A DNA stretch of 64,000 bases from Giardia intestinalis (Eukaryota), in NCBI GenBank assembly GCA_000002435.2, contig CM018791.1; one strand, given 5' to 3'. Positions 17,619 through 27,900 of the stretch are shown piece by piece. Numbering within the stretch: position 1 is the stretch's first letter; every line of letters starts with the position of its first letter. A program made the translations under genes and the position numbers. The notes beneath the pieces are model-generated. The model was not told the origin of the DNA, made no database searches, and saw only the letters and a program-made list of their open reading frames with translations.

Positions 17619-19092
17619 CCCCGGGCCGACGGAGGTCTGCGAGCGCAGCCGCGGTGGCCCGCCGGTGCTCCTCGAGGCCTTTTTCAAGCGCGGCGCAGCG
17701 GGCGGCAAGGCTCTCAAGCCCCTCCTGGATGCCGGCGACGCTCCCCCGGAGCCGGGCCCCGCGCTCGTCTGCGGCTGCGAGCCCGCCCCGCAACACCTCG
17801 AGCTCTCCTCTGAGCTCTGCAACGGCGGCCTCCAGAGGAGAAGGTTCGTCTGCACGTAGGGGATGGAGGGTGTACGAGCCCTCTGCGATCATCTTTGTGA
17901 CTGAGGGAGGCCGTACCGGAAGCACGCGGTCTGAAAGCCTGGGGTGTGGCTCAGATTGAGTGGGAGACGATAGCTCCACAGTGGGGGCGGGAATCTGCAC
18001 AGAGATTTCCGAGAGAGGCTCTATGGGCGCAAGCGGAAGCGTGGCGGATCGGGAAACTGATGAGCTTGCCGTGGAGAAGATCTCGAAGTCATTCTCGATG
18101 ACCTTGTAACCAGTTGTCTTGACCACGTCTAGCAAACCAGAGCTGTGTCTATATACCTTTCGCCCAGTAGAGGGGGACGAGGGTATAGGAGCCTGCTCAT
18201 GTCTAGGCAGAGGGGTTTTCTCCTTCTTCACAGGGCTACCTCGTGTGCATTCAGAGGGTCGAATGTCCTGCAGCGTAAGTGGTCCTTGAGATGTCCACGG
18301 AGACTGCTCCAACAGCGAAGGCAAGTTGGCTGGCAATTCGACACTGGCATCGTTTGAGAGAAGGACCCTATCTTCCCAGACAATAAGGCACGCATGCGTC
18401 TTAGGAACCTCGTTGAAGGGCGAAGGGAAGACTTGCGTATGTGCTGTTTGAGAGTTATACACAAATAGGAGGTTTTTAAGATTGTGATGGTAGAGAAGGA
18501 GGACATACTTGCTCCTATAGACAAAGCCGAAGAAGAAGTCGTCGCACTTAGGCTGGTCCATCACTATGTTGCGCAACGAGAATGCTTTCCTATCCGACAA
18601 GAGCTTCTTGACAGTGATGTACTTTCCACGGTGGTCAAACCTAAATCCAAACAACAGCAGAGAGTTGCTGACCGTACAGCTGAATAGTGGGTATACGTTG
18701 ACGACACAACCCTGAGTGATTATTGCACGCTTTGAGGTATCATAGACGTAGGGCCGGCATTCCGTAATGACAGGCTTCTTTCCTTCAGAGCCCACGAGGA
18801 ATAAGTAGAGCCGCGATCGATAAAAGGTCATCGTGCCTGCCTCTGCCGCAGGTCCAGTCGCCAGATGCTCCACATCTGTATCCACGCGCATATGAAATAA
18901 ATTCCCGGTCGCGGGGTGGTAAATATAAGCTGTAGATGACGAGGAAGTGACAAGAAGGGTTGACGAATGCACACCTAGGAGCGCAGAGGGTATGCGCTTA
19001 TACGTCGCTTCCCATTGTCCAGTCCGATTATAGCGAGAAAGAATCGAGCAGCGATTATTCAATGAGTATAGGGTATTCTCTACGCAGAACAT
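17614..19092 (-). CDS. Hypothetical protein, 492 aa, with a possible beta-propeller-like N-terminal region and a C-terminal Ala/Arg/Leu/Glu-rich coiled coil encoded by about 72% GC DNA
   Basis: The ORF starts with ATG. Its stop, at 17614-17616, is 4 nt from the tRNA-Met 3' end. The C-terminus reads LRGELEVLRGGLAAADERGARLRGSVAGIQEGLESLAARCAALEKGLEEH. Confidence 0.6.
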   Translation of the reverse strand: MFCVENTLYSLNNRCSILSRYNRTGQWEATYKRIPSALLGVHSSTLLVTSSSSTAYIYHPATGNLFHMRVDTDVEHLATGPAAEAGTMTFYRSRLYLFLVGSEGKKPVITECRPYVYDTSKRAIITQGCVVNVYPLFSCTVSNSLLLFGFRFDHRGKYITVKKLLSDRKAFSLRNIVMDQPKCDDFFFGFVYRSKYVLLLYHHNLKNLLFVYNSQTAHTQVFPSPFNEVPKTHACLIVWEDRVLLSNDASVELPANLPSLLEQSPWTSQGPLTLQDIRPSECTRGSPVKKEKTPLPRHEQAPIPSSPSTGRKVYRHSSGLLDVVKTTGYKVIENDFEIFSTASSSVSRSATLPLAPIEPLSEISVQIPAPTVELSSPTQSEPHPRLSDRVLPVRPPSVTKMIAEGSYTLHPLRADEPSPLEAAVAELRGELEVLRGGLAAADERGARLRGSVAGIQEGLESLAARCAALEKGLEEHRRATAAALADLRRPGE

Positions 19093-19155
19093 GGAGCTGA
19101 TAAGGGCCCTGGAGCGGCGGACGGCTAGGTGTGGCTCTTAAAAAATCGGTAATCT

Positions 19156-22100
19156 ATGTCTTTCACAGATGCATTCTCCATGAATATAGAACCATATAGT
19201 AGCTTTGGACACTCTTCCATAGCATCTCCATTCTCATTTGCAGCCGATGAGTACACAGTTGGCTTTCTTATGGCCAGGTTTCTTGTGCTATTTTGCATTC
19301 CCCTACAAGAATACAAGTATATCCCATTGCCGGCAACCGTTGTAGAGCTTCGGGCTGTCTATCCTAACCATACTGGGGAGTATTTGTGCCTGGTTGAAGT
19401 CAATGAACAACACCAGGTTCAGCTCTCCATCTACCACTTACTGCGCACTGAGCGAGTGAGCACAATACTTCTCTCCGGCGTGGCCAGTGAAATGGTTAGC
19501 CAGGACGATGAATCTATAGAGCTGCAGCTTCCAACCAGTGTTCACTTTTCAGTTACATCCCGCGTTATCGCCGTGCAAATGCCCTTTCCAACATCTTCTC
19601 TCCTCATCATTAACTGGCAACGAGGAACAACAGAGTCGATTACTCTACCAGACAACACAGAGTTTCTTTCTCTGTGCCCCTTCTCAGGGACTGCCATGAT
19701 AAGCGTCCTCTCTAATCAGACGATTCGTCTTTGGCGTTCCATAGACGGAGCATTTAAGGATTTTACTCCGACAAAAATGCGGGCTTCCATTCCTACGCAA
19801 CCGGTTCTTCTTCCCAATGGCACAGAAGCAACTGTGTCCGTCAGGGGCTGCTTCTGGATGGGTAGTAGCCTCAGTGCAGCCATTACAAATCTTGGGGATG
19901 TGCTGATCTTTGCTGGGCCGTCCTTTATAGGGGCTATCCCAGTGGCCAGAGCAAGAGCAGAGGTCTCTCTCTTCAAAGAATTCAAGAGCAACGAATATTA
20001 TACTATCTATGGACAGGTGACCGCTCACTGTGTTCACAATAACCTCCTCATTATAGGCACAGACCTTGGAGAGCTTGTCTGCATAGAGTTTTGTCTTAAC
20101 TTAGAGGCAAATATGCGTCCGACATCGGGCACCCAGTCACATGCTCAAGAACAAGTTCCCTCAAAGAACCCTTATTCCATGGAGGCTACCGTACCCGTGG
20201 ACGATGAAGCAGATATAGACATCAGTTTGCCGTTCGTCAGTCAGTTTAAACAACCGAGTGCAGAGGCTGAAGAGGAAACGGGTCCGTTAGATATCATGGA
20301 GCTGGCTACGCTATTTTCGAAAACGTCATGCATAAGCCTTGGCGGATCGCAGGTTGCTGTTTATCCACACAAGGTACTCGGACTGTCCATCATTTCAAAT
20401 ACTGAAATATCAAACATAAGCTGTGCCACCCCCGAGTATGCACTTATAGAGACAGCAAGTAGTACTATGCATATCTGGCCCCTGAACTTCAATAATGTGC
20501 TGGTAATAGACAAAACTACACTCTCGCTAGTGCAGAAGAGTATCTCAAGCGCGTTTGGAGGTTGCTTTTCCAAGAAAAGGAAGGACGGACTAAGTTGTAC
20601 AGAGGCCGTCTTTCGTCCAAGAATGGCATTTACCGATGAAGTAGAGAAGGAGAGGCGGTCACTTGTTGATTCCATCAATGAATATATGAGCCAGCAAAGT
20701 GAGGTGGCTGTTGAGAAGTTTTACGAACTTATCAGCAGCGAGCTGGACCTTGAAATTCACAGCCTTACATTGGCTAGCGATGACGCCGTGATAGATACTG
20801 CTGGGATACAGTATCTGATTACTCTCCAGGGTATATTAGAGATCGTACGTGAGGATGCGCCTTTTTCCATTAAACGCGACACTCTATTATCACTAGTACC
20901 AAGCTCCACCACTACTCAGCCAGAGGCCCAACCAGTAAAGCAGCCATCTGATGCTGGTACTCAGAGTAGTGATGTCTCGCAACGGAAAAGTGGTTCCTTA
21001 GAGGAGGTATCAGAGATCCAAACTGCCATTGGTACACTGTTGCAGGGTATCACTAAGAAGTTAACTGATACTGGTGCTGGAGCAGTTGCTGATTCCACGC
21101 AGCTACCCACTGCAGACGTGCCTAGTTCTTCCAAGGACTCGGAAGAATGCGTCGACAATGTCCCCCTTCGGGCGATAATGAACGATGCTGATGTCGACTC
21201 CAACTCGTATCTGAACCGCTTTACCTCCATACAGCTCTGGAGTCAGCTCCTTCAAGGGTTTCCAGTTCCCAGCCTTCCTCCACCAAGTGTGTTTCAGCAA
21301 CTTTGTGGTCCACGGGCCACCCTCGCTGAAAAGAGTCTTTTGCGGCCAGGAGCTCGTGTAGGGCCTCCACTGCCTATGAATTTTGGGAAGCTTACCTGTA
21401 TGGACGCCAGCAGTGTCTGTGACATATATATTGTAGGAAGTTCAGAAGGATATATATATGCTGGTCGCACGTCCACAGGCAAGCTCTTCGCCTATCGGAA
21501 GTTCCGCAGTGCTATTCAGGGGCTCAAGCTCTATCCAAACGGATTATTCGGGGTAGCACAGTATAACGACGGCCTGGGAATATTCGTCATCAACGATCAC
21601 GATATCCTTGAGTCAATCTTCTTCACAGAGTCCGGCATACGTCAATTTGCACTATCCCATGGTGGGGGATACCTGGCTGCCAGCATAGAGTCAGATAAGC
21701 GACAAGCCGTACGGATCAGAAGTTTGGAGGGGTTTGATATTATTGCAGAGCTCTCTGTCTCCCAGTCCCCATTGGTACACCTGGAGTTTGTCCCTGGTGA
21801 CACCATGCTTATAATAGTCGAGAGAGATGGACTAGTTTCTGGGTATAGTCTGTTTACAAAGCAACGGTTGTTTGATTGCAAGCTGCGTGGAGTATGCCTG
21901 ACTTCTGCTGCAATCGCTATTGGGCGGCAGATTCCAGGTGACGCTATAGGACAGGCTTCCATGTATGGTATTTTAAACAAGGAGGAAGATGCTGCGCTCC
22001 ACGATGAATCTCTTGTACCACCGGCTCCGGGAAAACTTGCTACCACAAGCTTGCAGCAGATGAGGACAGCGCTTACAGACGAGACCCAGCTGCCCTATGA

Positions 22101-24675
22101 TATGCTGATTAAGCACGGGTCAGTGATTGACTCTGTGTGTTATGAACCTATTGTGGTTCTCTGCTATGATATTAGCGGCAGAGTTTACGAGGTGATCTCC
22201 AACAGGATCCTTCATGAGCTGCAATCCCCAGAACCCTTCACTGTCAACCTACTAGCGCTGGTTCCTCCTCCTGTCTCCAACGAAATCCTGATGTCTAACT
22301 GCTACATTGAAAAATTGGTTAAGATTAATCAAACCTCTGAAATAGAAGCTGCTATGCCTGTTGTGACAACCGCTACAGGCGCCATTTTTGGTATTGATCA
22401 GGAGGAGCTGATCGTCAAAGGTGAGGATGCAGAAGTAATTAGTGCACCAATTGACACAAAAATGGACTATTATGCGCACCATTCTACCACTCATGAGATA
22501 GCAGAGACGAACCTTGAGAATGCCCTTATTGATGCAGCCGGAGATATAGAGGCCATCACAGCCGAGCACTTGGAAGCCCGCCTCAACCAGAGTAAGAAGG
22601 ACTATTATATGGGGACAATAACGTCGACTAGTAACGACTCTGTTCTGCCGGAAACTCAGGGATTGGTGGACAGCATTATCAAGATGTCATCCAGGCTTTA
22701 CTCACAACGTCCTGTCTCTCTTTCCGAGCCAGAGTGCCAATTTGTTTTGGGGTTTACCGCTAACGGATGGATTACGGCCTTTGATTGGCCGTTCCGAATT
22801 CCGAAGGCAATCTACCGACGGAGATTGCATGGCTCGGATATCACTGCTGCAAAGCTTATTAGAGGCAGCACCTTGTTTACTCTGAGCGCAGACGAACTCA
22901 TCATTTCACACATTCGCTTCCTCATTCCTGCTAGCTCCATATTTTCCGGAGCAGATAAGTCGCAGCATTTTCGGATGCTGAAGTCAGCGTTTCAAGCCGA
23001 TGACGGCCTAGAGTCTTTGTTGCTAAAGCTTCCAATCACACAGTATCTGCCTGTAATGCCCTTTGACCATTGTTCAAGGACTGTGGCATACGGATCCAAC
23101 TTAGATAGCAAGTTCTTTAACATGCTTGTTAATGCAGCTGACATTTGGGTTTCAACAGACTATCGCGCTTCTCTCATCAAAGAAGCCACCAGAGACAAGG
23201 CAGGAAAGATCACAGCAAAGTTATCCCACATGAAGGCGACTATAGCGTCCGCGATTCAGCAACTAGACCAACAAAATTCTGGAGGTGATCAGGAAAATAG
23301 CAAAATGGAGGTAGAGTTTGATACAGACCACGAGCATGCCTTGGTGGAGACTCAGGAGAGATATCAGACGCGGATAGAACAGATTCGCAAGGATATTGCC
23401 GACCTGGAGCAAATGCTGAAAAATGAGGCCGAGCGATATGAGTCGTCCCGCTCCTCGCTTCAGAAGCGCTTTGAGAGCATCATTAATTACGAAGAAACCA
23501 TGCGAATGGCGACAGTTGCAAATCTAAACGCACAGATAGATCAGCAGGACCAAGCACTCAGTAAAATAGAAGCGGCATATAACGAAGAACTCCGTCAAAT
23601 AGACGACGAGCGGAGGGAGGCGTTGAAGGCTGTGGAGCAGATAGGGGAAACAGCGGTTGAGCGGGAGAAGAACGCCTCGGCGACTCTCCGGGGCTGGGAG
23701 AGTATGCAGAGGCGTCGTATAGCGACTATTATAGGCCAAGGACATCAGCTCAGTGCAGAGTATGACATGGAGGTCAAGAAAGCCCAGAAGTATAATGAGG
23801 AGCTAGCTAAAGTGATGGCAGACATCGAGGCAACAAGAAAAGTCCTGCAGAAGAAGGATGAACAGGTCGCCTTCGAGGAACGGAAGATCTACGACTTAAA
23901 CAAGGATATTAAGCGCCTGGGAAAAACGCAGTTTGTGCTGACGAACCAGATCTCAGAGCTCAAAGCAGAGATCCACCCCAGAGATGAGCTGATTAGTGAC
24001 ATGCGGGAGCGCGTAGACGGGCTCTCCGGGAAACTGGAGGACCTTAGCCATCAGTGGGACACCATCACAAATACTCTTGATGCAGAACAGGCAGCGGTAA
24101 AGGAGCTGACGACACAAATAGGCGAGGAAACCCGACGCTTGCGGTCTCGAGAGCGTGCTCTTGAAAATCTCAAGAAAGACATCATAGTTCTTGTGACAGA
24201 GAACAACCCCGGCGAGTGGATGGCTCGGCTGAAGGCCCTCTGGAAAAAATACCAAGCTTTCCACGACGATATCTCCAAGTCGGTGAGGGCCGCATCCAAA
24301 GCTTATGATAGCGACTCCACGGTGGCCAATGAACTCATAGAACACAAGGGTTATCTCAATAGTCGCATTGACGACCTGTACGCCGAGCTGAAAAAGGGCT
24401 CTCGCAACTTTACAACTGCTCAGGCCTTCTGCCTTGACGAGAATAGCGCTCTGTTAACAGAGTCGCACAGGTTGCGAGATGAGAACATTTCTCTGAAAAC
24501 ACAGCTCCAGCGGGTTGTTGCAATGCTCGAGGAGATCCGCCTCAATGAGCTGAGCGTCCAGACCCAGCGTCGCATGCGAGAGCGCGCGGCCTCGCAGAAC
24601 CGGTCGCCCTCCCTATCGGAGAAAGGCAAGTCGAGCAGTCACCCTACCGGAGAGAGGCTTTCAGTGGAGCAGTGA
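19156..24675 (+). CDS. Very large protein of 1839 aa with a propeller-like N-terminal two-thirds and a C-terminal coiled coil of about 480 aa; possibly an axoneme-associated protein of the CFAP43/44/57 type
   Basis: The C-terminal third has continuous heptad-like E/K/R/Q/L-rich sequence (IEQIRKDIADLEQMLKNEAERYES...LRSRERALENLKKDI). The gene starts at ATG 19156, preceded by TTAAAAAATCGGTAATCT. The CFAP assignment is a guess based on architecture alone. Confidence 0.75.
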   Translation: MSFTDAFSMNIEPYSSFGHSSIASPFSFAADEYTVGFLMARFLVLFCIPLQEYKYIPLPATVVELRAVYPNHTGEYLCLVEVNEQHQVQLSIYHLLRTERVSTILLSGVASEMVSQDDESIELQLPTSVHFSVTSRVIAVQMPFPTSSLLIINWQRGTTESITLPDNTEFLSLCPFSGTAMISVLSNQTIRLWRSIDGAFKDFTPTKMRASIPTQPVLLPNGTEATVSVRGCFWMGSSLSAAITNLGDVLIFAGPSFIGAIPVARARAEVSLFKEFKSNEYYTIYGQVTAHCVHNNLLIIGTDLGELVCIEFCLNLEANMRPTSGTQSHAQEQVPSKNPYSMEATVPVDDEADIDISLPFVSQFKQPSAEAEEETGPLDIMELATLFSKTSCISLGGSQVAVYPHKVLGLSIISNTEISNISCATPEYALIETASSTMHIWPLNFNNVLVIDKTTLSLVQKSISSAFGGCFSKKRKDGLSCTEAVFRPRMAFTDEVEKERRSLVDSINEYMSQQSEVAVEKFYELISSELDLEIHSLTLASDDAVIDTAGIQYLITLQGILEIVREDAPFSIKRDTLLSLVPSSTTTQPEAQPVKQPSDAGTQSSDVSQRKSGSLEEVSEIQTAIGTLLQGITKKLTDTGAGAVADSTQLPTADVPSSSKDSEECVDNVPLRAIMNDADVDSNSYLNRFTSIQLWSQLLQGFPVPSLPPPSVFQQLCGPRATLAEKSLLRPGARVGPPLPMNFGKLTCMDASSVCDIYIVGSSEGYIYAGRTSTGKLFAYRKFRSAIQGLKLYPNGLFGVAQYNDGLGIFVINDHDILESIFFTESGIRQFALSHGGGYLAASIESDKRQAVRIRSLEGFDIIAELSVSQSPLVHLEFVPGDTMLIIVERDGLVSGYSLFTKQRLFDCKLRGVCLTSAAIAIGRQIPGDAIGQASMYGILNKEEDAALHDESLVPPAPGKLATTSLQQMRTALTDETQLPYDMLIKHGSVIDSVCYEPIVVLCYDISGRVYEVISNRILHELQSPEPFTVNLLALVPPPVSNEILMSNCYIEKLVKINQTSEIEAAMPVVTTATGAIFGIDQEELIVKGEDAEVISAPIDTKMDYYAHHSTTHEIAETNLENALIDAAGDIEAITAEHLEARLNQSKKDYYMGTITSTSNDSVLPETQGLVDSIIKMSSRLYSQRPVSLSEPECQFVLGFTANGWITAFDWPFRIPKAIYRRRLHGSDITAAKLIRGSTLFTLSADELIISHIRFLIPASSIFSGADKSQHFRMLKSAFQADDGLESLLLKLPITQYLPVMPFDHCSRTVAYGSNLDSKFFNMLVNAADIWVSTDYRASLIKEATRDKAGKITAKLSHMKATIASAIQQLDQQNSGGDQENSKMEVEFDTDHEHALVETQERYQTRIEQIRKDIADLEQMLKNEAERYESSRSSLQKRFESIINYEETMRMATVANLNAQIDQQDQALSKIEAAYNEELRQIDDERREALKAVEQIGETAVEREKNASATLRGWESMQRRRIATIIGQGHQLSAEYDMEVKKAQKYNEELAKVMADIEATRKVLQKKDEQVAFEERKIYDLNKDIKRLGKTQFVLTNQISELKAEIHPRDELISDMRERVDGLSGKLEDLSHQWDTITNTLDAEQAAVKELTTQIGEETRRLRSRERALENLKKDIIVLVTENNPGEWMARLKALWKKYQAFHDDISKSVRAASKAYDSDSTVANELIEHKGYLNSRIDDLYAELKKGSRNFTTAQAFCLDENSALLTESHRLRDENISLKTQLQRVVAMLEEIRLNELSVQTQRRMRERAASQNRSPSLSEKGKSSSHPTGERLSVEQ

Positions 24676-24956
24676 TTTATGGGCAGAGGCCCACGTAGCC
24701 TGTGGGGTCGATCTGATTAAAAGAGGATACGTAAAATAACGTTAAGTATATTAAAATTAAACCTATCAATTGAGTGTTGATTTGCAGATTGGCGCAGAAT
24801 AATAGAACTTTGTATTCTAAGTATATACGTAAAAATCTTGGGATAGAAGCAAAATAACTTGCTGTTCTCTGATGTTAGAGAAGCTTGTGCAAAACGGCTT
24901 CAACATATTAGTTGCCTCGTTTTTGTAGTGTAAATAAACTACAGCTCATTCTTAGA

Positions 24957-27900
24957 ATGGAAGCCACTCTCTTTGACCCCAAGAGGTGTCAGGGAGTGGA
25001 CCATGACAATGGGGTATTTGTGTCAAGTAGCAAGGGCGTATCTTCTTCGGGTAAGATGTTGATTCCCAGATGCCAACTGGTTAACGACGCACATGGTTAT
25101 GACATCAAGGCGGCAGATGCCGTGGGGGAAGTGGCTTCAGAATCAGCGCTCCCTTCTCCTAAGACATGCAATCTCTCAATGGCAGACTTTACGGGCAGGG
25201 GCGTAAACAAGGACAGCTTTCCTTTCACGCCCCCGTCCCGGAGCCTTTCGTCTAGTGGAGTCACTTCACCTGTATACTGCAATCCCTTAGCATGCATGTC
25301 TACCAGACTCTCTCGTACACACCTGCGTAGCAATCCAAAAAATGTAAAAGAAGGAACAATGTCTACAGGTAACAGCGATTATACTATTGAAGAAAGTAGC
25401 TCGATGCTAGCCGTCACCAATGAGGAGCAATACACGATAGAGATGGATTCGCTAGTCAACCCGGACATCTCGTGTACCAGTGTCTATACCGAGTACGATG
25501 ACTACCTGGGGGATCTGGATGATCCTGCACAGCTGTACGAATGCAGACCCTACTATATACCGACCAACATACGGATCTCTGCTACTCTTTGTGGCTTGAT
25601 CTCGAACCTTACTGTTGACGAGCTGGAGGCACAGGCTCCGAAGCTTCCTTTGTTATTTCCAAGTGGTTGTCACAAAGCCAAGCATATCTGGGGGGCAATT
25701 TACCAGGAAGCCCGTGAAGTTCTCCGAGGAACCCAGGTCTCATCGCAGCTTCCTCCCTTTCACCTGCTCTTCCCCTGCCTCTTTCCCGAACCTCTCTCCA
25801 AGCCCGAAGTAATGGAGCTATGGGTGCACATTATCATTCTTTTGCACTACTCCATTACTCACGAGGCATGGTTTAGTGTTCTAACTGCTGATTCCGAGAG
25901 TCCTCTGGAATGTGACACACCCATAGATGATTCTTTTACGGGTCTACGTCAGCTTACCAATGTAGAGAGGTTCCTAGAGTGGCTACATATTGAGAGCCGA
26001 CACACCAGTTCTTTGAGTCGTACTGAAAAACACAGTATCTCTGGACTGCTTCTTAGGAATAAAGCTGGTAGCACCGCCCCGAGCATCCCTAAGGCCTCCA
26101 GCTCAAGTCAGCTTCTCTGGTTTCAAGGCGCACAGTTCCAACCTTGTCAACAGCAGCTATTTGGTAAGTTTAAAGGAAAGACCAAGACTCCTTTGCCCGA
26201 TGAGCGGCTAGATTCAGAGCGGGCAAGCCCATGTCACACTAATGGTTTGGTAGATAACCCTGGTGCATTCTACTTCGACACAGACCTGGGCACTAGTCTT
26301 CAGGGATCATATGAAGAAAAGTGTGCAAGCACTGGAGCACAGATCAGCCGGGAGCCTCGACGTAGCACTATTCCAGACCATGATGATAGAAGCAGCGATC
26401 TTTATTTCCGTGTGTTCTTTTCTGGTATATTTGGCCTCAAATACCTTAAGCCCATCAACCGGGGAGATCTCAAGCTCTTAGAAGAAAAGTACTTCCGATC
26501 TATTGTTGTTGATGGGAGCATCTTGCTCCTCGTACTTAAGGCACGAGGTGCCTTCACGCTCGGCTTTTCATTCTTGATGACATACAGGCTTCAAAGACTT
26601 GCACTGTCTTTGCACTGGGAAGATGAGCTCCTACTCCCTAATGTAGAGATCCTCTTAAGTTCGCAGTCGCCGGCAGTAGATTTGGACTTTGCAGACTTCA
26701 GTCTAATCAAGCAGACGAAGCCCGTTTTTACCAATAGATCGTCTCTCAACGATAACAGCGTAGAATCAGACCCTGTGTGCGAAGATGTTGGACTGACAGT
26801 AGACAACCTTTCTGTCTATCCCATTTCCTCGGACACCTCTCTTTCAGCGAAAGTGTTTAATTCACGGATAACCTATGCCATACAGGACGTGCTCGAGGGA
26901 GGGATGTACGATGTCCTTTCTAAGCTCACAGACTTGGACCTTCTGGCAAACAGGCCCATCTCGCTCATTTCTAATATGTCTAAGCAAGGCAGGAGCAAGA
27001 CAGACAATACAGTCTTGCGCTCTGTTTGCCAGACTGTCGCTATTCCTAAGCTGATATGCTCCACAGATCTGTTCGTTCTGGAAAGGAATGTACTTCCAAT
27101 TGTGCAAAACATGGACACCGACCCCACGCTTGTACAGCATTTGATTCGCCTGATCGAGACCTTGCGGGCGCCACTAAACTTCGAGACTTCGTCTAGCCCC
27201 AGAACAGTCCAGTACCGCTACGCTGGAGAGAACATCACCTTGCCGTCTGTTCCCGGGTGCTACCTTATCTGCCAATATCTATGCAAGGGACATTGGCGTA
27301 TATCCATTACGCCACCTGGTCAAGCGCTGTCTATTTTGCCGCGCTTTTTCGGGTTCTATGACTACGTCTATATCAAGCCGGACTTCACTAGTGTGATTAG
27401 CAATCCGTTCCTATCTCTTCTATCTAAGGACTACTCAAGGGAGCAAGAGTGGCATCGCATAATGATAATACCAAAGCTACGGTCTGCAATGGTGCACTGC
27501 GCTGCAACTCCTGCAGCCATCGCGGCTGTTGTCAGAACTTTGTCTGGTGTTCAGCGGCACAGGCAGATTCTTAAGTATCTTCTAATTGAAAATCTATTTG
27601 ATCCTATTCTATCTACAGTTGAGTCTCCTGTCATAGGGCCAGCGGATTCTGGTTCAGTTAAGCTGAGCTTGAAAAAGGAAAAGCCTGGAGGTCTAAGGAT
27701 GATCAACGTCAAAAGCAAAAAGGACATGTCTGGAGCTGAATCCAAACATACCTCACCGCATGCTGAGCACATGGAAATGCCTTCTAATTTGCAGCAATCT
27801 TTACCACTGCCTTTGCCACTGCACCCGGCGTCTCCACATCAAGTTATATCTCCTCGTGTGCTCGATAACGACATCCCTGAAGTGATCAAGACTCCCCCGA

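Larger units (their letters stand above)
17200..17950. other. GC-rich compositional island of about 0.75 kb (about 65-75% GC against about 48% locally), centred on tRNA-Met and covering the 3' coding ends of both convergent flanking genes
   Basis: By direct base counts in 60-nt lines, lines 17341-17461 and 17641-17821 are 67-75% GC. Every reading frame is open across this region, which gives the spurious overlapping ORFs 17170..17469, 17318..17575, 17512..17859, 17610..17813 and 17654..17959. Confidence 0.7.

Noticed and set aside
17170-17959. A cluster of overlapping Arg/Ser/Pro/Ala-rich ORFs in every frame around tRNA-Met: 17170..17469, 17279..17476, 17318..17575, 17466..17855, 17512..17859, 17610..17813 and 17654..17959.
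   Set aside because: They come from stop-codon depletion in about 70% GC DNA. The real coding frames are the 3' ends of the 983-aa gene and the 492-aa gene, which show consistent GC3 codon structure.
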